Source: Clostridium sp. CAG:465
GTDB taxonomy: Bacteria; Bacillota; Clostridia; TANB77; CAG-465
Reading direction: 5' to 3'
DNA length: 64,000 bases
Assembly (NCBI GenBank): GCA_000433755.1
Contig: FR891276.1
Location: 2,544 to 66,543 of the forward strand
Every line of letters starts with the position of its first letter. Position 1 is the stretch's first letter. Of this stretch, positions 31,144 through 40,637 are shown piece after piece. Position numbers and translations under genes: made by a program. The notes under the pieces are model-generated. The model ran no database searches, had not been told where the DNA came from, and was given only the letters and a program-made list of their open reading frames with translations.

Positions 31144-32025
31144 CTTGCTATTTCTTTTATTTTATCTATTACCTTCTTTGCTTCATTATATCCAAGCTTT
31201 ACTAAATAATTAGTTTTACTACAATCAAGTAAAGATATATTACCAGGAATTTGAGGTCTAATTATATAATCAGATTTGCTTAACTCTTCCTCATTTACCT
31301 GATGTGACATTATATCAAAAGCTTTAAGGGATATAGATATAACATTTAAACTATTATCTGTATATCTTTTATTTCTATCAAAGCTTACCGATATTACTTT
31401 TGTAGCTCCCATTTTTCTTAAGACTGTAACTGGAGTATTTACTCTAACGCCTCCATCTACTAAGATTCTTCCATCAAATATTTTAGGCTCAAATACACCT
31501 GGAAAGCTAGAACTAGCCCTTATTACAGAAGAAAGTTTACCATTATACTTATATGTTGGTATATCGTCATATAAACTTCTAGAAAAATTATTTGTTTCAT
31601 TAATACTTTTACTTAAAAAGTAAACAACTTCTCCTGAATTTATATCAACAGCAGGTATAGCAAGAGGAAATTTTACCTCTGAAATATCATTTATATTCTT
31701 TTTTTTACAGAAATTATTTATTATATATTCTAGTTTATCTCCCTTGGCTAGTCCTTTTATACCTATTTTACCTGTAAAAGCTGTACTTAGCACCTTAAAG
31801 CCAATCATTTTATCATAGTCTCCTATGCCATTACAATACATATTAAAAAATTTTATCAAATCTGTTGGTGAATAGCCACATGCATAAAGACCAGCTATTA
31901 TACTTCCGCTGCTTGTTCCTGAAATATATTCAATATTTATTCCTTCATCTTCAAATGCTTTTAATACTCCTATATGTGCAGCTCCTTTTGCTCCGCCACC
32001 GACTTAGTGCAAGTCCTAAAGACAT
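31140..32025 (-). pseudogene. Patatin-like phospholipase gene interrupted by a 1-nt insertion after codon 8
   Basis: AAGGAGGTG SD, ATG 32025, MSLGLALS, then an extra C (plus-strand G at 32001) gives a stop after 24 codons. Removing it restores GGGAKGAAHIGVLKAFEDEGINIEYISGTSSGSIIAGLYACGYSP..., joining the 239-aa track ORF. GGGxKG, GTSSG and DGG motifs are all present. Confidence 0.8.
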
Positions 32026-32080
32026 AAAACACCTCCTTGTATTTTAATACTTTATTATATGAAAATCTTCAAAAAAAGTG

Positions 32081-32113
32081 AAAAAAGGCCTGCCTTATTT
32101 AAAGACAGACCGC
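32081..32113 (-). terminator. Minus-strand terminator after the 74-aa gene
   Basis: On the minus strand: GGTCTGTC...GGCAGGCC, an 8-bp stem with two G-U pairs, followed by TTTTTT. It pairs poorly on the plus strand. Confidence 0.55.
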
Positions 32114-32118
32114 TTTTT

Positions 32119-32343
32119 TTATTCAATAGCTTTTTTAGTCATTGGAATAATCTTTATGATCATTCCGCCTCTTCCAACTATTGAATTTTCATCGTACCAC
32201 CTGTATCCAGGTGGTAATTTAATTGATTCCCTGGATATATTCCTATAAAATATCCATGAGTTTGTGCAATATTGCACAAATTCAAATTCTGCATTCACAT
32301 TTAAACTGTTTAATTTCTCAGTAATTTCTCTTACATTTAACAT
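32119..32343 (-). CDS. Small hypothetical protein (74 aa)
   Basis: ATG 32343 (MLNVREITEKL...), with AAGAGGT upstream. Bracketed by its own near-consensus promoter and a terminator. Confidence 0.5.
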   Translation of the reverse strand: MLNVREITEKLNSLNVNAEFEFVQYCTNSWIFYRNISRESIKLPPGYRWYDENSIVGRGGMIIKIIPMTKKAIE

Positions 32344-32393
32344 TTTGACTATACCTCTTTTATTAAAAATAAGCATCTAAACGACACATTTAT

Positions 32394-32422
32394 ATTATAT
32401 CACAGTTTTTACAAAATTGCAA
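32394..32422 (-). promoter_or_regulatory. Near-consensus promoter with extended -10
   Basis: On the minus strand: TTGCAA (32422-32417), 17-nt spacer, TGaTATAAT (TATAAT at 32399-32394). Confidence 0.6.
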
Positions 32423-32770
32423 TAATTATGTAATCTTTTTTTGTAAAATTTATCACCTTAAAATGTTACCATTCAAACTAGTATATCATAATTACTTCAT
32501 AAAAATTCAAAGAGTTTTCCTTGAATGTGATAATTATACTTTTTATATCTAGATATACTTTTAAAACATCCTGCTATTTTTTACTTTGATTTTGCTTCTG
32601 TATTTTATTTAAATCCATCACTTATTATTTCATCATATCTTGATGAATATGCTATTGCTAAATGATTTTTATTGGATTCGTTCTTTATTATATCTACACA
32701 GTACATAATTTTGTTACATAAATTTCATATTAAGATATTCTAAATAATAACTAAAATTAGTATATACATT

Positions 32771-33262
32771 TTATTTTTCAATAAAGCTATTAATTCTATA
32801 ACTATTTGTATGACATATAGCTATTGCAAGTGCATCTGTTGTATCATCAAGTTTTGGCATTTTTTCTAATTTAAGAAACTCTTTAACCATATTCTTTACC
32901 TGTAGCTTTTCAGCTCTACCATAGCCTACTATTGCAAGTTTTGCCTGAAGAGGAGTATATTCGTATATTGGAATATTTTCACTCTCAACAGTATTTAATA
33001 TAACACCTCTTGCTTCTGCCACCTTTATGGCTGTTTTTGAATTAGTATTAAAATATAAATCTTCAATTGAAACAGCATCAATTTTATATCTTGAAATTAT
33101 TCCTCTAAGCTCTAGTTCAATTTTATGAAGTCTTTTTGGAAGTGGAGTATTAGCTTCTGTTGTTATAGAACCATATTCAATTGCCTTATATTTATTTTTT
33201 GTATAGTCAATTACTCCATAACCCACTCTTCCATATCCAGGATCAATTCCTAGTACAACCAT
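32771..33262 (-). CDS. ruvC: Crossover junction endodeoxyribonuclease RuvC
   Basis: 163 aa. VLGIDPGYGRVGYGVI, AVSIEDLYF and DTTDALAIAICH motifs. Confidence 0.9.
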   Translation of the reverse strand: MVVLGIDPGYGRVGYGVIDYTKNKYKAIEYGSITTEANTPLPKRLHKIELELRGIISRYKIDAVSIEDLYFNTNSKTAIKVAEARGVILNTVESENIPIYEYTPLQAKLAIVGYGRAEKLQVKNMVKEFLKLEKMPKLDDTTDALAIAICHTNSYRINSFIEK

Positions 33263-33279
33263 TTAAAAATCATCCTTTC

Positions 33280-35103
33280 CTAAAGAAGCATATCATAAAG
33301 CCTTATTATCTCTGCATTAGTAAGCAAATCATAAGGTAATGTATCTATTTGATATCCCTTTTCGCTATATACCTTTTTTACACCGCAATTTAAATATTTG
33401 TTTATATCTAAAAATAAATCTTTTACTAAATTAAATGCAATTTTTCTAGAAGCTCGCGTTACACCATTTTGTCTTAAATTTGCCTTTACAAAATGTGCCA
33501 TATATTTTGGATAAATAAGTCCTGTATTACGTGAACTATTTTTTGAAAATTCTCTTAAGCCATATGGAGTATACAGCTCTTTAAAAACAGTATCTAATAG
33601 TCGAAATTGTATATCAGATACAATACATGGATATGACAGACTTATAGTATATAGCATTTCTATGTTTGCATATATTTCTTTTTCATCCAAATTCTTTTTT
33701 AATACTCTTTTTTCTTCATTCCAAAATTCATTATGAATTTTAGTCCTAAAGTACTCTTCTCTCACAAATATAGCATTTTCTTCCTTACCATCTTTCTTAA
33801 GCATATCTTCATATATCTTAAGTGCATTATACATAAGTGCAACGGCTTCTATATTTTTAAAATATTCATCAAATAATTTATCGCTAAATATAGAATTTAC
33901 AATATATTTTACAAAACTAAAGAAAACATTGTATAAGTCTTGCTTTTGTATTATTCTATTTATACTTTCAATCCACCATAATTTAAGTATCAAAATCTTA
34001 TATAATGTTTCATACTCAAATTCTTTTTCTTTTCTAATTTTATCAATTGCTTCTATATACTTTTTTATTTCAAGAGTTCTTCTAGTAGCCTCTTTAATTT
34101 TTCCAAAACTTAAATATTGCCCTTCTACAGCTTTTACACAATTTATTAATATATTTAAAGTTTTGTTTATATTATCAATATTTACCTTTTCCATACTAAG
34201 CATAGAACTACCATAATATGGTAAAGAATCTATCATAAAATTTTCTAGTTTTAATTTATCAATTCCATATGAGAGTTCTTTTAATTCTATGTACTCATGT
34301 TCAATACTATTTGAAATATTTTCCTTTATAAAGAAGTCTTTTTTAGAAAGTAACTCCGTATTTATTTTAGAAATATCTCTTTCTTTAGGAAGTACATATA
34401 TCACTGCTTTTACGTGTTCATCACTTTTAATACATATATCAAAATATCCAGGTACAAGTAAATCTTCAACATATTCTTTTAAATTTACATTATCTTCCCT
34501 AACATGATAAGTAATATTGTTTAAGAAATTTACGTCTTTATTCCATGCAAGTCTATCAGATTTTAATATTACATCCTCGCCATTTAGTATACTTAAATTT
34601 ATAACTACTTCATTATTTTCATCTCTTTGGTTGAACTTTAACATACTAGCATTTTTCATTATATATATATCCCTATATGTGATAGCTGGGAATACTTTAA
34701 ATGTCATATCATATTTACTTTTATTGTAAATCTCATATTCTATAGCTAGAATTCCTGTTTTTTCTTCTAAATACAATTTTTTTGAAAAATATGCTTCATC
34801 CATGTCATATTCTACAAAAAAATTTTCTAAATCTACACTTAAAATATATTCATCATTGCTTTTATCATAGCTCTTTACAGATGATATTATATTATTAATA
34901 CTGTATTTATTCTCCTTTGTTTCTATTTGTTCAAATAAATTAGATATTATTACTTTTCCATTTTTTATATATAATCCATTGAATGGTTTTCTTACAGTAA
35001 AATCACTATTTAGACATATAGTAGTATTTACTTTATCACTAGTTACAAACGATGATTTGTGTAAAGAATTAATTTCATTTATTTTTCTTTTGTATTTAAA
35101 CAT
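33280..35103 (-). CDS. Divergent amylo-alpha-1,6-glucosidase (GDE_C-like, six-hairpin) family protein
   Basis: 607 aa. IEAVALMYNALK, EFWNEEKRVL and LYTPYGLREF match conserved blocks of archaeal-type glycogen debranching enzymes as I recall them. The rest is highly diverged. Confidence 0.45.
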   Translation of the reverse strand: MFKYKRKINEINSLHKSSFVTSDKVNTTICLNSDFTVRKPFNGLYIKNGKVIISNLFEQIETKENKYSINNIISSVKSYDKSNDEYILSVDLENFFVEYDMDEAYFSKKLYLEEKTGILAIEYEIYNKSKYDMTFKVFPAITYRDIYIMKNASMLKFNQRDENNEVVINLSILNGEDVILKSDRLAWNKDVNFLNNITYHVREDNVNLKEYVEDLLVPGYFDICIKSDEHVKAVIYVLPKERDISKINTELLSKKDFFIKENISNSIEHEYIELKELSYGIDKLKLENFMIDSLPYYGSSMLSMEKVNIDNINKTLNILINCVKAVEGQYLSFGKIKEATRRTLEIKKYIEAIDKIRKEKEFEYETLYKILILKLWWIESINRIIQKQDLYNVFFSFVKYIVNSIFSDKLFDEYFKNIEAVALMYNALKIYEDMLKKDGKEENAIFVREEYFRTKIHNEFWNEEKRVLKKNLDEKEIYANIEMLYTISLSYPCIVSDIQFRLLDTVFKELYTPYGLREFSKNSSRNTGLIYPKYMAHFVKANLRQNGVTRASRKIAFNLVKDLFLDINKYLNCGVKKVYSEKGYQIDTLPYDLLTNAEIIRLYDMLL

Positions 35104-35110
35104 TTAAATG

Positions 35111-36577
35111 TTATCCTTTCTTCATTGTTTTCTTTATTTTTTCCATTGTAGCTTTTGTATGTGCTGCAATTTTTTCTTCTTTAATTTTTTCTTTCTTTTC
35201 ATTCTTAATATTTTTATGAGAATTACTAGAATTATGTTTCGTATTTAAATTAGTAGAGCTTTTCTTTAATTTCTTTTCGCTTTTCATATGTTTCTTCTTA
35301 ACTTTTACAATGTTTAAATCTCCTGTTCTTCTTGATTTTGCAAGACGGATTATTATTTCAGACAATCTTTTAGTATCATGAATAATTCCTGATTTAGTTG
35401 CAAGTACCAAATCTTCTCTAATAACAGAAATAGCTCTATTTTGAATATTTTCAAGATCAATTTTAACTGGTGTTGATTCCTCTTGGTTGAAGTCCTTAAT
35501 CATTTCTTCTGTTATTTCACCATTATTTACTATTGCATAATCAATTACATGTTTTCCAAGATATCTTTCAACTTCATTTATATATCTTGCTAATGTATAT
35601 CCATCAGTTTGACCTGGTTGATTCATAATATTAGATATGTATACTTTTTTAGCTTTTGATTTAACAATTGCCTTGGCAACGTCATCAATAAGGAAATTTG
35701 AAACAACTGATGTATAAAGAGCTCCTGGTCCTATTACAATAACATTTGCATCTTTTATTGCGTCTATAACTTCTGGTATAGGTGTTATACTTCCTTCTTT
35801 TAAGAAAATTTGCTTAATTGGAGATTTCATTTTGCTTACTCTTTCAATAATATTTTCTTTTCCAACAACAACTTCTCCATTTTCAAGTCCAGCACATAAA
35901 ACAATTTCATTTGTAGTTACAGGATAAATATTTCCTTGCATATCAAATATTTCAGATAATTTTTCTACTGCCTTTGGAAAACTTCCTGTTATTTTTATTA
36001 AAGATGAAATAATCATATTTCCAACAGATTGCCCTGATACTAAATCTTCTTTGTACGTAAGTAACTTGTCCATGTCAGATTCGTTAGTAGAAAGAGCAGC
36101 TAAGCATTTACGTATATCTCCTGGTGTTAATTTTTCTACGTCACTCATAGCTGTAGTAAGTGATGCATCATCATCTGATACATTTACAATAGCGGTTATA
36201 TTTGCTGTATATTCTTTCAATCCTTTAAGTAGTATAGGCAGCCCACTTCCACCACCTACTACTACAACTTTTGCACCTTTTTTTAATCTTGGATCTGAAT
36301 ATAGCAATTTCTTAACTCTTATACTTTTATTTTTTTTACCAATATTTTTAAGTGAAACATATAATATATTTTTTTGTGCAAGTATAAAAGAAAAAATTAT
36401 ACCAAATATAGAAAGTGTAATTAAAAATATATATGCAATTAAAGTCATCTTATTTAAATCTAAGATATTAGTTAAAGATATTACACAAAAAATTAATACA
36501 GCAATTGATAATATTTGAAGTCCTATATATCTTTTTACTCTTGTTCCTGGTTTAAACCATTCTAAAATTTCTTTCAT
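35111..36577 (-). CDS. yvcK: YvcK/CofD-family (gluconeogenesis factor-like) protein with an N-terminal double TM anchor and a Lys-rich tail
   Basis: 488 aa. VVVVGGGSGLPILLKGLK, TPGDIRKCLAAL, VIGPGALYTSVVSNFL, QPGQTDGY. Two N-terminal hydrophobic helices. C-terminal ~75 aa is K-rich. Confidence 0.75.
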   Translation of the reverse strand: MKEILEWFKPGTRVKRYIGLQILSIAVLIFCVISLTNILDLNKMTLIAYIFLITLSIFGIIFSFILAQKNILYVSLKNIGKKNKSIRVKKLLYSDPRLKKGAKVVVVGGGSGLPILLKGLKEYTANITAIVNVSDDDASLTTAMSDVEKLTPGDIRKCLAALSTNESDMDKLLTYKEDLVSGQSVGNMIISSLIKITGSFPKAVEKLSEIFDMQGNIYPVTTNEIVLCAGLENGEVVVGKENIIERVSKMKSPIKQIFLKEGSITPIPEVIDAIKDANVIVIGPGALYTSVVSNFLIDDVAKAIVKSKAKKVYISNIMNQPGQTDGYTLARYINEVERYLGKHVIDYAIVNNGEITEEMIKDFNQEESTPVKIDLENIQNRAISVIREDLVLATKSGIIHDTKRLSEIIIRLAKSRRTGDLNIVKVKKKHMKSEKKLKKSSTNLNTKHNSSNSHKNIKNEKKEKIKEEKIAAHTKATMEKIKKTMKKG

Positions 36578-37489
36578 TTATTTATCTCCTCCGATTATTA
36601 TTACCTCTGGTGTTAATTTTACATTAAATTTGTTGTACACCGTAGTTTGCACATATCCAATCAAATCCAAAACATCTTTACATGTTGCATTGTCTACATT
36701 TACAATAAAGCCTGTATGCTTTGTTGATACTTGTGCTCCTCCAATTTTATACCCTCTAAGTCCAGCATCATCTACAAGTTTTCCAACAAAGTATCCTTCT
36801 GGTCTTTTAAATACGCTTCCAAAGTTAGGATACTCAAGTGGCTGTTTGGCTTTCCTTGCAAGTGAATTTTCTTTCATTTTATTTTCGATTTCATCGATAT
36901 TTCCTCTTTCTAATTTAAATTTTGCACTTAAAATAACATAATTTGGATTTATGGTAAAAATACTTTTTCTATATCCAAATGAACAATCTTTGTTTTTTAT
37001 AGTTTTTATTTCTTCTTTTTCATCCATATATGTTACTTCATATAAAATGTCACTTATTTGCGAACCATAGGCTCCAGCATTCATTTTTACTCCTCCACCT
37101 ATAGTTCCTGGTATTCCACATGCAAATTCTAAACCTTTAAGACTATTTTTTTTAGCAAGTTGTGAAAGTGCTGGCATTGTTGCACCTGCATATGCTAAAA
37201 TATATTCCCCATCAAGCTCAATTTTACTAAATCTATGTCCAAGTTTTATAACTACTCCATGTATTCCTTCATCCTTTACAAGTAAGTTGCTCCCATTTCC
37301 AATTACAAAAAAAGTAATGTTTTCATTTTTACAAAAATCTATAACTTCTTTTATCTTTGAAATTTCATCAGGAAACACAATACAATCACATGGGCCTCCT
37401 ACTCTCATAGTTGTATATTTAGACATTTTTTCATTGTACTTTACCTTATCTTTTCCAACAATTTCTTCTAGTTTATCATATTTATTCAT
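36578..37489 (-). CDS. murB: UDP-N-acetylenolpyruvoylglucosamine reductase
   Basis: 303 aa. FAD-binding RVGGP...GNGSNLL, GIPGTIGGGVKMNAGAYG, GSVFKRP. Confidence 0.9.
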   Translation of the reverse strand: MNKYDKLEEIVGKDKVKYNEKMSKYTTMRVGGPCDCIVFPDEISKIKEVIDFCKNENITFFVIGNGSNLLVKDEGIHGVVIKLGHRFSKIELDGEYILAYAGATMPALSQLAKKNSLKGLEFACGIPGTIGGGVKMNAGAYGSQISDILYEVTYMDEKEEIKTIKNKDCSFGYRKSIFTINPNYVILSAKFKLERGNIDEIENKMKENSLARKAKQPLEYPNFGSVFKRPEGYFVGKLVDDAGLRGYKIGGAQVSTKHTGFIVNVDNATCKDVLDLIGYVQTTVYNKFNVKLTPEVIIIGGDK

Positions 37490-37526
37490 TTATTAATATC
37501 AACTCCTATAATTTACTATATGCAAA

Positions 37527-38429
37527 TTATATTATAGCTTCTACAAAATCTTCAATGTTAAATTTTTCTATATCATCAACAGTCTCTCCAGTTCCAACAT
37601 AAAGTATTGGAATGTTAAGTTCTGATACAATACTAAATACAACTCCACCTTTTGCTGTAGAATCTAATTTTGTAAGAATAATACCATTTACATTTGTACT
37701 CTTAAAGAAACTCTTAATTTGACTTACTCCATTTCCACCAGTTGTTGCATCTAATACCATTATAACATTTTTAGTTATATCAGGTAAGTTTTTAGTTAAT
37801 ACTCTATTCATTTTTTCAAGCTCGTCCATTAAATTTTTCTTGTTATGGAGCCTTCCAGCAGTATCACAAATTAAAATATCATAGTTTCCTTCTTTAAATT
37901 TCTTGGTTGCATCATATATAACTGAAGCAGGTTCTGCATTTTCCTCCCCCATATATATATCAATTCCTATTCGTTTTGCCCATACGTCTAATTGTTCGAC
38001 TGCTCCAGCTCTAAATGTATCAGCTGCAACAAGTAATACTTTTTTTCCTTCTTTTTTTAATAAATTAGAAAGCTTTGCAATCGATGTAGTTTTACCGACA
38101 CCGTTTACACCAACTACCATTATTACTTGTTTTTCATTATTATCCAAAATATTTGTATTATTAGATACAGCTAAAATATTTTTCATTTCTTGTTTTAATA
38201 ATTTCTTTATTGCATCTTCACTTTTATCTACCTGTTTTTTTAGATTATCTCTTACATTATTACAGATTTTCATACTAGTTTCTACCCCTATATCAGATAA
38301 AATAAGGGTTTCTTCTAAATCATCCATAATCTCATCTATATCTTTATTATTAGCAAATACATTACTAATTTTAATATCTATTGCATCTTTGGTTTTTTTT
38401 AGATTTTCTTTTAATTTTGAAAAAAACAT
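37527..38429 (-). CDS. ftsY: Signal recognition particle receptor FtsY
   Basis: 300 aa. VVGVNGVGKTTSIAKL, DTAGRLHNK, LTKLDSTAKGG. Confidence 0.92.
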   Translation of the reverse strand: MFFSKLKENLKKTKDAIDIKISNVFANNKDIDEIMDDLEETLILSDIGVETSMKICNNVRDNLKKQVDKSEDAIKKLLKQEMKNILAVSNNTNILDNNEKQVIMVVGVNGVGKTTSIAKLSNLLKKEGKKVLLVAADTFRAGAVEQLDVWAKRIGIDIYMGEENAEPASVIYDATKKFKEGNYDILICDTAGRLHNKKNLMDELEKMNRVLTKNLPDITKNVIMVLDATTGGNGVSQIKSFFKSTNVNGIILTKLDSTAKGGVVFSIVSELNIPILYVGTGETVDDIEKFNIEDFVEAII

Positions 38430-38489
38430 AGTGCCTCCTTTTATACATATAAATTATATCATATTTTGCTTTTTTTTCAACATTATTGC

Positions 38490-38529
38490 TTAAAAAGAAA
38501 AAATAACTTGTTTTAATTAAAACAAGTTA
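38490..38529 (-). terminator. Terminator-like palindrome with no annotated upstream gene
   Basis: 26-nt perfect palindrome TAACTTGTTTTAATTAAAACAAGTTA (38504-38529), followed on the minus strand by TTTTTTCTTTTT. Confidence 0.45.
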
Positions 38530-38648
38530 CTTTATATAAATTAAATTTCAATTACACCACCTATTTTGTATATACTAAATATGAAAAAAATAATTCCTAT
38601 TTTTGCATTTCTAATATTCATTTTATATATTTACATTTAAGCATAAAT

Positions 38649-38677
38649 TTGACATAATTTCAAAAATATGCTATACT
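38649..38677 (+). promoter_or_regulatory. Sigma-A type promoter ahead of a string of tiny ORFs
   Basis: TTGACA (38649-38654), 17-nt spacer, TATACT (38672-38677). Confidence 0.5.
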
Positions 38678-39024
38678 ATTTGAACAAATTTCTTTATATA
38701 AAAATATAATTATACTTTTTTAGGAGGATTAATTTTAATGGAAAACTCTAGAATTTTTTTGATTTAAATGATGATGGATTTTAAACAACATTCCACAATA
38801 AAATGGAAGGAAAAATAAGATTTATAATGAAAAAATGTATTGGTGAAATATTGCCTAAGCACTTAAAAAATATATATGATATTAATATATGGTATAACTT
38901 TAATATAAATTATGAAGTTCTATCTAAGGCACAGCTTACGCCTTTACAATATAACGTTTTAATTTTATTTTTTTAACATAAAAAACAATACAAAAATATC
39001 TTTATATCAAAGGAGTCAAAAACT

Positions 39025-39537
39025 ATGGATAACATTACTACAAAACCAAAACTTAACATCACAATATCAAATACTCATATTCTTACTGGTGTTACAAAAG
39101 AAAACTTCGATAAATTTTATGAATCAGTTGCAAATAATTTGGACAAAGAAGGACTAAGAACTTTTCATATTATTATTGAAGGTAAAACAAATATTGCTAA
39201 GATGCTCCATATCAGGAACTATGAAATTGTGAGAAAGGCTATTAACGATGTATTGCAAAGTGATTTCTTGGTCACTGATACTAAGCCAGAAAATGAAGTT
39301 GTTAAGCTGCCTGAACAGCTCCCACAGACTGAGGTTGAAAAAAATGGTACAACTCTTGAAGAGTCAAAAGACTTAACGCCAAAATTTCTCTATATTTTAA
39401 CTCATAAAGTTAAAATAAAAAAGAAAACGCTCTCAGCTCTTTGTGAGTACTACGATTCTGGCGACATTTATATAGTTGACAAAATACTTGATAAGATAAT
39501 TTCCAAGCACCAAAATAAAAATGTAAGTAAAAAATAA
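39025..39537 (+). CDS. Hypothetical protein (170 aa), possible HTH segment
   Basis: AAAGGAG upstream. KTNIAKMLHIRNYEIVRKAINDV could be a helix-turn-helix. No family recognised. Confidence 0.5.
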   Translation: MDNITTKPKLNITISNTHILTGVTKENFDKFYESVANNLDKEGLRTFHIIIEGKTNIAKMLHIRNYEIVRKAINDVLQSDFLVTDTKPENEVVKLPEQLPQTEVEKNGTTLEESKDLTPKFLYILTHKVKIKKKTLSALCEYYDSGDIYIVDKILDKIISKHQNKNVSKK

Positions 39538-39547
39538 TATTTAACTT

Positions 39548-39584
39548 AAAAACCCCTATTCAAAATTTGATAGGGGTTTTATTT
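39548..39584. terminator. Rho-independent terminator
   Basis: AAAACCCCTAT-N11-ATAGGGGTTTT followed by ATTT. Sits between convergent genes. Confidence 0.8.
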
Positions 39585-39681
39585 ATCATTTGATAAAGGA
39601 AAAAATTACATTAGAATAAATGCATCTATAAATAAATTGATTTTACTTTTGTTCCACTCTAAGCAATGTACTAATCATCCT

Positions 39682-40515
39682 TTATTCCTCTTCACTATAT
39701 TTTATAGTATTTGAAAACGCAAGTATTGAATCAAATATAACTGGAAGTAGCCAAAGACCAAATCCAAATGCTGTTTTCTTTCCAAAGTTCTTAGATAATT
39801 CAAATCTTGATACAATTTTTATTACAGCAAGTATTATCCATCCTATTATTGGTAGCAAAACAAAAAGAATAACCCATGGACTTATACTACATATCTTAAA
39901 ATATACTACATCCCTATATATTGGAATAATTGCTGCAAATCCATGTTTTCCTGCTTTTGTAAATATAATCCACCTTAAAATTATAGAATATACTAATAAA
40001 ATTCCTAATATAGCAACTGTAGTCTTAAAAATTTTATTAGCAAGCAAAAGTTTAATACCAATAGAAATTTTTTCTTCTGTACTTAAACTTTTTGCTACAT
40101 CTGATACAACTTCACTTGTGGTATATCCCTCATCTAATTTTTTCTTTACATCGTCAATTTTTATATCTTCTTTTAAAATTTTAGTAACTTTCTCTGGTTC
40201 CATATTTCTTAACACTTCTGTTCCAGCAGATATAGCTTCGCTACTTATTCCTTTTTTCTCTAAAACATCTTTATTTTCTTCTATCATATCTGCAATTTCA
40301 TCATTTGAATATTCTTTAGTTAATTCCTCATACTCTGTTACTAATTTTGTAACATCAATATCTCCATTCTCATCGCCTAACATTTCCTTTGCTTTTTTAG
40401 TTATCTCTGATGAATTCATATTTTGACTTGCATATATACCATTAAAATTAAAACAAATTCCTATGCAAAAAATAAATAATAACACCAAACCATATGTCTT
40501 CATTTTAGTTTTCAT
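39682..40515 (-). CDS. Secreted/membrane protein with a C-terminal DUF5684-like membrane domain
   Basis: 277 aa. Signal peptide, acidic helical region, then FTKAGKHGFAAIIPIYRDV...FGKKTAFGFGLWLLPVIF..ILAF, typical of DUF5684 (recalled). Confidence 0.65.
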   Translation of the reverse strand: MKTKMKTYGLVLLFIFCIGICFNFNGIYASQNMNSSEITKKAKEMLGDENGDIDVTKLVTEYEELTKEYSNDEIADMIEENKDVLEKKGISSEAISAGTEVLRNMEPEKVTKILKEDIKIDDVKKKLDEGYTTSEVVSDVAKSLSTEEKISIGIKLLLANKIFKTTVAILGILLVYSIILRWIIFTKAGKHGFAAIIPIYRDVVYFKICSISPWVILFVLLPIIGWIILAVIKIVSRFELSKNFGKKTAFGFGLWLLPVIFDSILAFSNTIKYSEEE

Positions 40516-40637
40516 ATGTCATCTCTCCTTCTCATATTATTTATATTATATACTAACTATATTATTAAATCAATCATTCTGTATAATTTCACAAAAATTA
40601 TTATTTTACATAGACTATCATAGGATGGTGAAAATCT

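Noticed and set aside
32600-32704. 34-codon minus-strand ORF (MYCVDIIKNESNKNHLAIAYSSRYDEIISDGFK) in the ruvC-downstream spacer.
   Set aside because: It has no convincing SD, is very short and shows no recognisable motif, so it cannot be supported from sequence alone.
40516-40637. Lysine (L-box) riboswitch or T-box leader ahead of the aspartate kinase gene.
   Set aside because: The leader is only about 120 nt and very AT-rich. It has no conserved L-box core and no T-box sequence.
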